Source of the DNA: Candidatus Shapirobacteria bacterium
Lineage (GTDB): Bacteria; Patescibacteriota; Microgenomatia; UBA12405
DNA: 64,000 bases
Assembly (NCBI GenBank): GCA_028704635.1
Contig: JAQWFB010000002.1
Span: 693-64,692, forward strand
Direction: 5' to 3'
Program-made: the position numbers and the translations under genes
Notes under the pieces: generated by a model
What the model was told of the DNA's origin: nothing
Database searches by the model: none
What the model saw: the letters and a program-made list of their open reading frames with translations, nothing else
Shown: piece after piece, positions 18,549 to 28,033 of the stretch
Numbering within the stretch: the stretch's first letter is position 1
How the letters are laid out: each line of letters starts with the position of its first letter

Positions 18549-18632
18549 TGGAGGGGTGCTCCGAATGGTAAGGAACTTGTTTTGAAAACAAGCGTCAGCA
18601 ATGACATGCAGGTTCGACTCCTGTCCCCTCCG
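18549..18632 (+). tRNA. tRNA-Ser (anticodon TGA), long variable arm
   Basis: Acceptor GGAGGGG/CCCCTCC, anticodon loop TTTGAAA, 17-nt variable arm, T-loop TTCGACT. Confidence 0.8.
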
Positions 18633-18771
18633 CATTTAGCCTGTCTTTCCATGTAATTTATGTGGTATAACTACAAATCCCTAACTTTCCCTCGTATTTT
18701 TACGAAAACCAACATTTTTCATTTTTACAGCCTGTAATAACGAATTTTATTATCCTAAAACATAAAGTATA

Positions 18772-19926
18772 ATGAATGTGATGGCATATTATTTTTGGTT
18801 TCTTTTTGTATTTATATTCTACACAGCTTTTATTTTGGCGATTTATAGTGTAAATTATTTTTTTAAATTATTAAAAATTCAATCCATAATTATAAAATCA
18901 CCTGCAAAATTTTGGTATCGCACTACTGTTATTTTTATTTTTTTAGCCTCTTGTTATTGGTTTCCTTTAGGTCCAACAATTATTTTGGTCATATGGTATC
19001 TCCTTAGAAGAGAATATAAATTTAATAAATTAATTACATCTTTAAATGATCTGAGTAATGAATTAGATAAAAGGTCTAAGTGGTTAGAGAAATTAAAAAA
19101 GAGACTTAAAGTAAATCCTAAACCTGATCTATTAGAAAGGTATAATGGTTGGCCTTTAGGTATTTATAAACTTGGTTTAGATAATAATATTGCGGTATCC
19201 ATTTCTGATTTAGATGGTGAGCTTGTAGATTTTGGGCTTGATAGAATAGAAAAGAAAATTTCTTTCTTAAAAAAAGAGATAATTCCCTTTAAAAATAGAG
19301 AGGATGTCAAAAAAATGATCGGGGCTCTTGAAGAAGATATAAACGAAATAAAAAACAAATCACCTGTTGCCAATAATTTTTATTTTAGTATAAACGAAGC
19401 AAAAAAAACAATAGATCGTATTATTTCCACAACAGGAGAAATAAATGAATACATGATAAAAAAGGAAGAATTTTATGCAAGAAAAGAAGCTGAAACAAGA
19501 AGGAAAGAAAACACTTTTCTTTTGGCTAATGCTTATAAACAAAGACTAACTTCTAATTTTAAACAGAATTTATCAACAGTTGATAAATTAACAGAATTAA
19601 CACCTATTGAATTTGAAAAATGGGTTAAAAAAAATATATTTGAAACAAATGGATGGAATGTTGAAGAAACTCGAAAAACTGGAGATGGTGGAATAGATTT
19701 AGTTCTCAAAAAAGATGATGAATATTCAATTGTTCAATGTAAAAGGTTTAAAAAAACTGTTGGTGAACCAGCATTAAGAGATTTTTATGGAACGATGGTT
19801 AGCGAAGGTGTTAGTAGAGGTTATTTTGTTACTACGGGATTATTTTCTCTTTCGGCATTAAAATTTGCCGAAGATAAACCTATAGAATTAATAGATAGGA
19901 GAATTTTGGCTCAAAAATATTTATAA
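18772..19926 (+). CDS. Membrane-anchored protein with C-terminal Mrr_cat restriction-endonuclease-fold domain
   Basis: Two N-terminal TM helices, coiled coil. C-terminal GDGGIDLVL...IVQCKRF...motif typical of Mrr-N/PF04471. Confidence 0.65.
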   Translation: MNVMAYYFWFLFVFIFYTAFILAIYSVNYFFKLLKIQSIIIKSPAKFWYRTTVIFIFLASCYWFPLGPTIILVIWYLLRREYKFNKLITSLNDLSNELDKRSKWLEKLKKRLKVNPKPDLLERYNGWPLGIYKLGLDNNIAVSISDLDGELVDFGLDRIEKKISFLKKEIIPFKNREDVKKMIGALEEDINEIKNKSPVANNFYFSINEAKKTIDRIISTTGEINEYMIKKEEFYARKEAETRRKENTFLLANAYKQRLTSNFKQNLSTVDKLTELTPIEFEKWVKKNIFETNGWNVEETRKTGDGGIDLVLKKDDEYSIVQCKRFKKTVGEPALRDFYGTMVSEGVSRGYFVTTGLFSLSALKFAEDKPIELIDRRILAQKYL

Positions 19927-20022
19927 CTACAAGTATTTATACTTTAATGATTAATTGCATTAAAACAGATTTTATATTTTATATATATTATTTAATTTTA
20001 AAATAAGAGGAAGTGTTTAATT

Positions 20023-20235
20023 ATGGGTACAAGTGATAATTGTAATTTAATTGAAATAAAATTATTTTCTCAAAAGGAAGTTGCAGATTTTTGTGGAGTT
20101 AATTTAAGTGTAATACAAGAAATGGTTAGAAATAAAAAGTTTGAGATGTTGGCAAAAAATGAGAAAGATATTTTAGGTGATAAAGAAGATATAAAAATGG
20201 TTGTTAAAAAATATAATTCTATACACAAAGCCTAA
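20023..20235 (+). CDS. Small hypothetical protein, possible HTH (KEVADFCGVNLSVIQEMV)
   Basis: ORF with SD-like aagaggaag upstream. Weak HTH-like segment. Confidence 0.35.
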   Translation: MGTSDNCNLIEIKLFSQKEVADFCGVNLSVIQEMVRNKKFEMLAKNEKDILGDKEDIKMVVKKYNSIHKA

Positions 20236-20396
20236 CAAATAGTATTATTTAACTTGTTTAATCTTTATTACCTTGGTAATAATTAATACTGGAATTGTAT
20301 AAAGAGTAAAAACACTTATCAATTTTGATATTTCATTATTAATGAATTTACCCACTGACAAAAAACTTCATTTAATAAATAAGTTATAATTTCCCC

Positions 20397-21539
20397 ATGG
20401 ACTATTCTCAAGCTTCACTCGAAAAACACAAACTTACCAAAGGTAAAATTGCCATCGCCAGCAAATTTGGCGAGGTCAAAACTAAAGATGATTTAAGCAT
20501 CGCCTACACTCCTGGCGTCGCCGCCGTTTCCACTCTTTTGGCCCAACATCCAGAATTAGCCTCCGAATATTCCATTAAATCCAACACTGTCGCTGTCGTT
20601 TCGGATGGCTCGGCTGTTCTCGGCCTTGGCAATATCGGCCCTTTTGGTGCCCTACCAGTTATGGAAGGCAAAGCTTTACTTTTCAAAGAATTTGCCAATG
20701 TCGATGCTTTTCCCATTGTTTTAGAAACCCAAGACCCTGATGAAATTATCAACATCGTCAAAAATATCGCTCCCGGTTTTGGTGGTATTAATTTAGAAGA
20801 TTTTGCCGCCCCTAAGTGTTTCTACATTGAAAATAAATTAAAAGAAATTTTAAATATCCCTGTCATGCACGATGATCAACATGGCACTGCCATTGTTGTT
20901 TTAGCCGCTCTAATTAACGCTCTAAAATTGACCAACCAAACCAAAGACGATACTAAAATTGTCATTTGTGGCGCTGGTGCTGCTGGCACCGCTATTGCTA
21001 AACTATTAAGTCTTTATGGTTTTAAAGATTTAATAATTGTCGATTCTAAGGGAATAATTAGCAAAGACCGTCTCGATTTGAATGACGCCAAAAAAGAATT
21101 TTTAACTTTCACTAATCCTCAGAATTTAAATGGTGATTTAAGCCAAGCCATGATCGGCCGACATGTTTTCATTGGTGTCAGCGGACCAAATATTGCCACC
21201 GGCGACATGGTAAAAACCATGGGTGAAAAACCAATTATTTTTACCATGGCCAATCCTGTCCCAGAAATAGATCCTACTGCTGCCAAAGAAGCTGGTGCTT
21301 TTATTATTGGTACCGGTCGCAGTGATCAACCAAATCAAATCAATAATGTCCTCGCCTTTCCTGGTGTTTTCAGAGGTGCTTTAGATAATAAAGTCAGCAA
21401 AATAACCGATCAAATGAAACTAGCTGCCGCTCAGGCCTTAGCCGATTATGTTAAAGAAACTGAATTAACCGTTGATTTTATTTTGCCCAGCCCTCTCAAT
21501 AAAGGCGTCGTCAATGTTATCGCCTCAGCCATTAAATAA
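20397..21539 (+). CDS. NAD(P)-dependent malic enzyme (short, about 380 aa form)
   Basis: AYTPGVA, GxGxxG (CGAGAAG), malic enzyme N- and NAD-domains. Confidence 0.85.
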   Translation: MDYSQASLEKHKLTKGKIAIASKFGEVKTKDDLSIAYTPGVAAVSTLLAQHPELASEYSIKSNTVAVVSDGSAVLGLGNIGPFGALPVMEGKALLFKEFANVDAFPIVLETQDPDEIINIVKNIAPGFGGINLEDFAAPKCFYIENKLKEILNIPVMHDDQHGTAIVVLAALINALKLTNQTKDDTKIVICGAGAAGTAIAKLLSLYGFKDLIIVDSKGIISKDRLDLNDAKKEFLTFTNPQNLNGDLSQAMIGRHVFIGVSGPNIATGDMVKTMGEKPIIFTMANPVPEIDPTAAKEAGAFIIGTGRSDQPNQINNVLAFPGVFRGALDNKVSKITDQMKLAAAQALADYVKETELTVDFILPSPLNKGVVNVIASAIK

Positions 21540-22049
21540 TGGTTCTCTTGTTTCTTTAATAAATTTCCATTCTTGATTCGAAAATCTTAACCCTAAAATA
21601 TTAGCCAATTGTTGATATCTACCCAAAGCCGCATCGGTACCAGAATCATATAAACCAACAATTTTTTCAAAATGAGGCATTGAGATTCTTTCAAATTCTG
21701 ATTGTGGATCAAAAACTATCTTCTTCACTTGATCACCAAATAATCTAACCCACAAAAAACCAGTCGAAACCTGATAACTAACCGAACTTTTAGAACCCTG
21801 AAGTTGAACTATACTTAACTCTTCCGTTACAGTTTCCATACTTAAAACAGCACCTTCTTTTCCTTTATATCTCAAAAGCAAACTCGAATCACCATTAGTT
21901 GGTGTTTTAAGAATTTCTCTTTCATTTCCACAAAAAACAACCAAATCAATTCTTTTTGGATCCAATATTAATTTATTATTAGGTCGCAAAAATTTTTCAT
22001 AATAATCAGGTGGCAAATTTGTATTTACAATTTCTTTTATTGATTCCAT
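21525..22049 (-). CDS. Hypothetical protein (174 aa)
   Basis: ORF only. Confidence 0.45.
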   Translation of the reverse strand: MESIKEIVNTNLPPDYYEKFLRPNNKLILDPKRIDLVVFCGNEREILKTPTNGDSSLLLRYKGKEGAVLSMETVTEELSIVQLQGSKSSVSYQVSTGFLWVRLFGDQVKKIVFDPQSEFERISMPHFEKIVGLYDSGTDAALGRYQQLANILGLRFSNQEWKFIKETREPLFNG

Positions 22050-22155
22050 AAAAAATAATTTTAATCAAACGATTTTATCATAAGGTAATATTTTTAAATC
22101 TGCCCCTTTAGTTTTATGTGTTAGAATATTATTCTTAAACAACCCCTTTTTAATT

Positions 22156-22761
22156 ATGCCAAAAGAAAATTTCATCAAAAAAATATTTAAAAGAATCCAG
22201 AAATGGTACGTCACTCTTCCTGATAAAAAAAGATATTTTGAATTACTCACTGCCGTCCTTTCTATTCCCATGATTCTGACCGTTATTTTGGTCAATATGA
22301 ACACAATCAACAAAAATAAAGAATCGTCAATTCCAACTCCTACTCCAGCTCCTATTCAAATAGTAGTTGAAAATCCTGCCTCTGGTTCTGGTAACATAAA
22401 TCCACCCAAAATAAATATTACACCAACCCCCACTCCTACTAAAATTGAATGTAAAAAAGATATTGGCGAAATTGAAATTTTATCACCTCAAGAAGGTGAA
22501 ATTATCACCTCTGATAATGTTTGTATCAATATTTCTACTGATAGCAAATATTGCCCTGTTACTTGGTCTTACAAACTAGATAATGGTAATTGGTCTGATT
22601 ACAACAATAATGATATTTGTCTTTACAATTTAACCGCTGGCAAAAAAGACCTTCAAATTAAAATTAAAAGTACAGTTGTCGATAAAACCATAACCCTCGA
22701 ACGAAATTTCACCTACCAAAATTCCACCACCACTCCCACCACCACTCCCACCAATAACTAA
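22156..22761 (+). CDS. Membrane-anchored hypothetical protein with Pro/Thr-rich linker and Cys-containing ectodomain
   Basis: N-terminal TM (LLTAVLSIPMILTVILV), PTPTPAP linker, C-terminal TTTPTTTPTNN. Confidence 0.5.
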   Translation: MPKENFIKKIFKRIQKWYVTLPDKKRYFELLTAVLSIPMILTVILVNMNTINKNKESSIPTPTPAPIQIVVENPASGSGNINPPKINITPTPTPTKIECKKDIGEIEILSPQEGEIITSDNVCINISTDSKYCPVTWSYKLDNGNWSDYNNNDICLYNLTAGKKDLQIKIKSTVVDKTITLERNFTYQNSTTTPTTTPTNN

Positions 22762-22778
22762 TTTGCTAAACTTGATCA

Positions 22779-23138
22779 GTGTTTAAAACTAAACGAAAAA
22801 TTTTAATTGTTTTTATAATTCTCTTAATAATTTTAATTGCCTCTATTTTTTGTTTCATTTTTTTGAAAAAAGATAAAACAAATTCAGTTAGTGCCGATTC
22901 CACCACTACTATAATTACCCCTTCACCCATAACCGAAATAACTTGGCAAGAAGCCGTCAATCTAATTCAAAATTGTCAAATTAAAACAGTTTTTCAAAAA
23001 AATAATTTAGAAGTCACCCTAACCGATAAAAATCAACAAGTTTTTAAAACCATCGAACCCAAAAAAGACGACGTTTTTATTCAAACCAACCATCTTCGTT
23101 CCGATTGCAACGATATCATTCAAACCATCACTGAATAA
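22779..23138 (+). CDS. Membrane-anchored hypothetical protein
   Basis: N-terminal TM helix. ORF adjacent to and co-directional with previous. Confidence 0.45.
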   Translation: MFKTKRKILIVFIILLIILIASIFCFIFLKKDKTNSVSADSTTTIITPSPITEITWQEAVNLIQNCQIKTVFQKNNLEVTLTDKNQQVFKTIEPKKDDVFIQTNHLRSDCNDIIQTITE

Positions 23139-23230
23139 AACCTTTCAGGTCTATTTAAGAAAATGATAAAATAATAATAGATAACGATGAACATGCTAGT
23201 TTTAAGTTATAAGTTAAATAGGAGATCTAA

Positions 23231-23536
23231 ATGAATATTCAGATCAAAGGTGTTAACTTAATTATTTCCCTAAAGATCCGCAAGATGATCAACGACAAAT
23301 TTGTCGACAAGCTTGATAAGCTTCTTCCCCAATTTAACAACGAGCTAAAAACCGCCTTTCTTCGCATTGAAAAAGATAAAAGATACAAAGATTACACTGT
23401 CCAGTTCGACATGACTCTTCCCGGCCAAAAAAATAGTTTTCATGCTGAAACTAAACATCATGAACTAGAGGCTGCCACAGTTGATTTACGTGAAGCCATT
23501 GAAAAACAAATTAAAAAATATAAACACGCCGATTAA
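23231..23536 (+). CDS. hpf: Ribosome hibernation promoting factor (RaiA/HPF, short form)
   Basis: 101 aa S30AE-family sequence (ITVRHMELT-like core, HAETKHHELEAA). Confidence 0.75.
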   Translation: MNIQIKGVNLIISLKIRKMINDKFVDKLDKLLPQFNNELKTAFLRIEKDKRYKDYTVQFDMTLPGQKNSFHAETKHHELEAATVDLREAIEKQIKKYKHAD

Positions 23537-23586
23537 ATCCACACCTTATACTTGATAAACTTGATAAACTTGATAAACTATCTGTC

Positions 23587-23772
23587 ATGTCTGCAACAAA
23601 ATCTAAAAAAACACCACGAATTTTAATCGCCCTCGTCTGTTCAGTCTGTGGCGCTCAAAATTATTTAACTGAAAAAAATAAAACCAATACTCCTGATAAA
23701 CTAAAATTTACCAAATACTGTCGTTGGTGTAGAAAGAAAACTGAACACAAAGAATCAGCAAAATTAAAATAA
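23587..23772 (+). CDS. rpmG: 50S ribosomal protein L33
   Basis: CSVCGAQNY...CRWCRKKTEHKE zinc-ribbon L33 pattern. Confidence 0.8.
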   Translation: MSATKSKKTPRILIALVCSVCGAQNYLTEKNKTNTPDKLKFTKYCRWCRKKTEHKESAKLK

Positions 23773-23782
23773 AATATAAATT

Positions 23783-23808
23783 TGTAGGGGCGGACCATGT
23801 GTCCGCCC
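23783..23808 (+). repeat. REP-family variant palindrome tgtaggggcggaccatgtgtccgccc plus T-run, acting as rpmG terminator
   Basis: Shares tgtaggggcg...catg...cgccc frame with copies at 12275, 59011, 59094. Confidence 0.65.
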
Positions 23809-23818
23809 TTTTTTGTAT

Positions 23819-24736
23819 ATGAAACAACAGATTCAGTCAGCCCTAGAAAACATCTACATTTCTCCCTTGGAATTATGTAATTTGAATTGTCGCGCCTGCT
23901 ACACCAATAAAACTAAAAATATTCTTTCTAATCAACAAATTCTCGACTTCGTCGAAAAATATAATAGATTTTTAAAAAAAGATTTCAAAGATACAATTTT
24001 TTATGATATCGAACGTGGTGACACATTCGCCGAGCATAAAAAATTTGTATCGAGAAATCTAAAATTAAAATCTATTCTTTTTTGTGGTGGCGAAGTCTTC
24101 ACTCTCCCTGATTTCCCCGATTTAATCAACACTTTGATCCAAAAAGACATATTTATCACCATTATTACTAACGGCACCATCGACTGTATCAATAAAATCA
24201 ATGATCCAAAAAATTGTCAGCTCTTAGTTTCACTCGACGGTCCCAAAGAAATTCACGACCGAAATCGTGGTCCTGGTAATTTTGATAAAACAATAAAATT
24301 TATTCAACACGCCCAACAACTTGGTTTCCCAATCGAAATTATGTTTCTCATTACCAAAGATTCCTATCCTTACAAAGGTTTTTTTAATGTTTTTGGTCTG
24401 CCAAAAACCTATTTAACTGATCGAAAAATGTCATTGTCAAAAAATCAACTTTTAGATATCAAAAAAAATTATCAAACCTTCCCAAATAAAAATTTTGGCT
24501 GCTCTCAACTCTCGCTTCAATCCTCCGGCATCATCACCGGCTGTTGTGAATCTTCCCTACGATTAGGCACAATTAATGATGATCCTGCAACTTATGTCGC
24601 CAATTTTATAAAATCTTTGTCCAAATGTTCCATTTGTCAAAAATGTAACGGTTGTTGCGACCCCAATTATCTTTGTGGTTACAAAACCGAATTAAATCTC
24701 AAAAATTGCCAAGATGTTGTACAATCATTCAAATGA
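23819..24736 (+). CDS. Radical SAM enzyme with C-terminal SPASM/twitch-like Cys cluster (start at MKQQ)
   Basis: CNLNCRACY (CxxxCxxC) at residues about 22-30. GGE SAM motif. C-terminal CSICQKCNGCCDPNYLC cluster. Stop overlaps next start (ATGA). Confidence 0.75.
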   Translation: MKQQIQSALENIYISPLELCNLNCRACYTNKTKNILSNQQILDFVEKYNRFLKKDFKDTIFYDIERGDTFAEHKKFVSRNLKLKSILFCGGEVFTLPDFPDLINTLIQKDIFITIITNGTIDCINKINDPKNCQLLVSLDGPKEIHDRNRGPGNFDKTIKFIQHAQQLGFPIEIMFLITKDSYPYKGFFNVFGLPKTYLTDRKMSLSKNQLLDIKKNYQTFPNKNFGCSQLSLQSSGIITGCCESSLRLGTINDDPATYVANFIKSLSKCSICQKCNGCCDPNYLCGYKTELNLKNCQDVVQSFK

Positions 24737-25743
24737 ATTTTCAAACCCAATTTATTAAAGAATGGACAGTTCAAGCTTTGCGAAATTATTTTATTGATAA
24801 TAATTTTCATGAGGTCGAAACTCCAACTCTTCTTGCCAAAATCCCCATCGAACCAAATCTCTACGCTTTAAAAACTCATTGGTCCCAAAAAGATTTTGAT
24901 TTTTATTTACCCACCTCACCCGAGTCTTCACTCAAAAAATTAATTTCTCAAGGCATTGGTAATTGTTTTGCCATCAGTAAAGTTTTTCGAGATTTAGAAG
25001 ATATCGGCCCCACTCACAACCTCGAATTTGCCATGTTGGAATGGTATGAAATGGACAAAAATTATCGCAACATCGCCGAAACCACCCAAAAATTAGTCTT
25101 AGAAATTTACCACAGTATCCTTAAAAAACAAAACAAAAGCATTACTAATTTACTCACCTACCAAAATCAAACCATCAACCTTTCCACTCCTTGGTATTTT
25201 TTCACTCTTCAAGAATTATTTCAAAAATTTGCCAACATCGATTTGTCCAAAAATTTAACGACCAACGAAATTATTGCCACCGCCAAATCAAAAGGTTACA
25301 ACACTGATGGTATTACCACCTGGGAACCGCTCTACACTCAAATTTTTATCAATGAAATTGAATCTAAATTACCTCAAGACAAACCAGTCTTTATTTTAGA
25401 TTATCCCACTCAACTTTCTCCTCTTTGCCTCCCCTGTCCCAATAATCCAGGTTTCAGTCAACGATTTGAATTTTATATCGGTGGCATGGAAATCGGCAAC
25501 GCTTATTCTGAATTAAACGATTCAAAAATTTTAACAGACAATTTTGAAACTGAAACCAAATTTAGACGAGATAATAATTTACCAATTCATCCCTACGATC
25601 AAGAATTTATCGATGCCTGCGGTCAACTTCCTACCTGTGCCGGCATCGGTTTAGGTGTCGATCGTCTGGCTATGCTTTTCGCCGACACTACTCAAATTGA
25701 AGATGTCATTTATTTCCCCACTTCAAAATTTATTGAAAATTAA
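24733..25743 (+). CDS. EpmA/GenX/PoxA-like class II lysyl-tRNA-synthetase paralog lacking anticodon-binding domain (start at MNFQ, ATGA-coupled to rSAM)
   Basis: Class II motifs LEFAMLEWYE, RFEFYIGGMEIGNAYSELND, GIGLGVDRLAMLF closely matching E. coli EpmA. 336 aa. Confidence 0.7.
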   Translation: MNFQTQFIKEWTVQALRNYFIDNNFHEVETPTLLAKIPIEPNLYALKTHWSQKDFDFYLPTSPESSLKKLISQGIGNCFAISKVFRDLEDIGPTHNLEFAMLEWYEMDKNYRNIAETTQKLVLEIYHSILKKQNKSITNLLTYQNQTINLSTPWYFFTLQELFQKFANIDLSKNLTTNEIIATAKSKGYNTDGITTWEPLYTQIFINEIESKLPQDKPVFILDYPTQLSPLCLPCPNNPGFSQRFEFYIGGMEIGNAYSELNDSKILTDNFETETKFRRDNNLPIHPYDQEFIDACGQLPTCAGIGLGVDRLAMLFADTTQIEDVIYFPTSKFIEN

Positions 25744-25924
25744 TATTTATTCAGTACAATATAACTAATATGAGTCGATCAACCACCAGAAAAGTAGCCA
25801 CCGACAATCGATCAACCATCGTCAAAGGCTTCGTTAAACCAGAAATACCAAATTTCCCCGGCAATAAATCCACTTCTGGCTTTAAACCAGGAGCTAGATT
25901 TCAAACCATCAACCGCGGCCGTCG

Positions 25925-26269
25925 TTAATCTTTGATTTTTTCTTCAATCAATTTATCAATCCAATACATTTTTTGGACTCCATTTTCCAGTCTAAAATAG
26001 TGGAAAATATAAGGCACTAATAAAATCAATAAAAGAAAATCAATTGTAATTAAAATTACAAACTGATAAACCAAACTGAACATTATCGATACCATAAATA
26101 AAATTCCAAAAGTTAAAGTCACTAATAAATGAATCAACCGTTCATGTTGCATAAATTTTATTGTTTCCCTATGATTTTCCAATACCTCATTCCAATTCTG
26201 ATTCTTCCCGTCCTTTATTTTTCTATTAATTTCCTTTAAATATTGATTCAAAAAATCAATCATAATCAA
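25925..26269 (-). CDS. Hypothetical membrane protein (114 aa)
   Basis: Two predicted TM helices. 4-nt overlap with upstream HAD gene. Confidence 0.45.
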   Translation of the reverse strand: MIMIDFLNQYLKEINRKIKDGKNQNWNEVLENHRETIKFMQHERLIHLLVTLTFGILFMVSIMFSLVYQFVILITIDFLLLILLVPYIFHYFRLENGVQKMYWIDKLIEEKIKD

Positions 26270-26934
26270 ATTTTACACTCTTTCACTTTTTTGGCTACTA
26301 TCTCCCAATTTTCACACGGAATCACATTAATATCTTTTCTTTCCGTCTCTGTCTGATCATACAAATAAATCACTCCTTTATATTTTTTACCAAAATATTT
26401 CGTTAAACCAGGATTATCATCAACAATTCCCACCACTTGCGGATATAAATACTCCAAAACCTTCGCTTTCCACTTATTGCCCATCTTTCGTTCAATATTT
26501 TTTGGCCTAGTAACAATTTGAGCTTCCGGAAAATCATGTTTTTTCAACCAAAACTTTGTTTCATTAAAAGCCACTGATGATCTAACCGTGATATAAGCCA
26601 CAATTGGAATTATTTTATTTATCTCTTGGATAATTTTATTTGAATTTTCAATCAATGGTAAATCTCGAAAAGAATCAGCCGATTTGTTGAATTCATCGAC
26701 AACTTTTTTAGCTTCATTATTCTGCCAATAAGGAATATTATCTGTATGCCTATACTTTCTCGCAATCTCTTTAACTGTTAAATTTTCAGGATTACCCATT
26801 TTCTCAATTAATTTTTCAATCAAAAAACCAATCGTAAAGGATAAAGTTTCATCAATATCCAACGCCAAACCTTTAACTCCCGACAACTTTAATTTTCTTT
26901 TTAAAGAAATTATTTCTTTATTTTTAATTCTCAT
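26266..26934 (-). CDS. HAD-superfamily hydrolase, 5'(3')-deoxyribonucleotidase-like
   Basis: DIDETL (DxDxT) motif I, GIVDDNP motif. Adjacent to dCMP deaminase. Confidence 0.55.
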   Translation of the reverse strand: MRIKNKEIISLKRKLKLSGVKGLALDIDETLSFTIGFLIEKLIEKMGNPENLTVKEIARKYRHTDNIPYWQNNEAKKVVDEFNKSADSFRDLPLIENSNKIIQEINKIIPIVAYITVRSSVAFNETKFWLKKHDFPEAQIVTRPKNIERKMGNKWKAKVLEYLYPQVVGIVDDNPGLTKYFGKKYKGVIYLYDQTETERKDINVIPCENWEIVAKKVKECKI

Positions 26935-26937
26935 TTT

Positions 26938-27435
26938 TTAATCCAAAAAATCTATCTTACCACCCGGCCTATCGACTTTAATCAATTCCACTTCTGCCTC
27001 TTTTAATAAATCTCTTACCCCACCAACATCAGCATAATCCACATAAGTGACCAATCGTTTAATACCTGCATTAATCAACATTTTAGTACAAATAATACAT
27101 GGCGAATGAGTACAATACATTGTCGCTCCTTGTATATCTTGGCCATATTTAGCCGCCTGAATAATAGCATTCTGTTCTCCATGAATCGCCCTACAAATCT
27201 CCACTCTTTCCCCAGAGGGAATTCCTAGTTGGTTTCTTAAGCAACCAAGCTCTAAACAATCTTTAGTTCCAGCCGGCGCCCCATTATAACCAGTGGTCAA
27301 AATTCTTCGATCCTTCACAATTATCGCTCCAACATGGTGTCTTAAACAAGTTGACCTTTCCGACACCAACGCCGCTATTTTAATAAAATATTCATCCCAA
27401 CTTGGTCTTTTATTTTTTATTTCTTTTTTTGTCAT
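26938..27435 (-). CDS. dCMP deaminase (ComEB-type)
   Basis: HGEQNAI zinc motif and CTHSPCIIC. Confidence 0.8.
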   Translation of the reverse strand: MTKKEIKNKRPSWDEYFIKIAALVSERSTCLRHHVGAIIVKDRRILTTGYNGAPAGTKDCLELGCLRNQLGIPSGERVEICRAIHGEQNAIIQAAKYGQDIQGATMYCTHSPCIICTKMLINAGIKRLVTYVDYADVGGVRDLLKEAEVELIKVDRPGGKIDFLD

Positions 27436-27437
27436 TT

Positions 27438-27995
27438 TTAAATTTGAATAATTTTTAAAATTTCTTCTAATTTAGAATTTAACTCTTCAACTGTTCCAAT
27501 ATTTTCAATCTTAAAATCAGCCATTTCAATACATTTACTTAAATTCTGTTTATTTGGATCATCAGAAACCATTTCTCTTTCTTCATCGGCCAAAAATTTT
27601 TCAAAACCAATATTATCAGTAGCACTCGATCTTCCTAAAATTCTCTGATATCTAACCTTTGGGTCAGCATCAATTGCCAATAAGCTAAAATTTCCTTTTT
27701 TTCTTAAAGATTCTATTTCCCCCATTGTTCTTAAACTTTCAAGTACACAATTTTCTCCCGATTCTAAGGCTCTTTTAAACAACTCATCTGCCACAAAACT
27801 TGGACTATTTTTTTCTCGCAATTCATTTGCCACTGCCACCATATTATCTCGGTTATTTTCTAAACCTCTTCTTTCAATTTCCTCCATCAAAAAAGCTCTT
27901 GCCGAAAAATGTTTAAAATTTTTTCTGTCCACCAAATATTCCACCACAGTACCTTTACCTGCTCCAATTGTTCCCGTAATTCCAATTATCACCAT
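27438..27995 (-). CDS. P-loop nucleoside/nucleotide kinase (dNMP-kinase or dephospho-CoA-kinase-like)
   Basis: [13 protein letters not shown] Walker A at N-terminus. In operon with dCMP deaminase and HAD nucleotidase. Confidence 0.5.
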   Translation of the reverse strand: MVIIGITGTIGAGKGTVVEYLVDRKNFKHFSARAFLMEEIERRGLENNRDNMVAVANELREKNSPSFVADELFKRALESGENCVLESLRTMGEIESLRKKGNFSLLAIDADPKVRYQRILGRSSATDNIGFEKFLADEEREMVSDDPNKQNLSKCIEMADFKIENIGTVEELNSKLEEILKIIQI

Positions 27996-28033
27996 TTACC
28001 AATTTATCATTAAATTAATATCAAAACAATTAA

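Noticed and set aside
24652-24732. Upstream extension of the EpmA-like ORF (MLRPQLSLW...)
   Set aside because: Would overlap the rSAM 3' end by 85 nt. Internal ATG at 24733 gives the classic ATGA coupling and aligns with EpmA N-termini.
23819-24736. rSAM as canonical EpmB (lysine 2,3-aminomutase)
   Set aside because: CxxxCxxC is at the extreme N-terminus and there is a SPASM-like C-terminal cluster. The KamA family has a mid-protein motif and a different zinc site.
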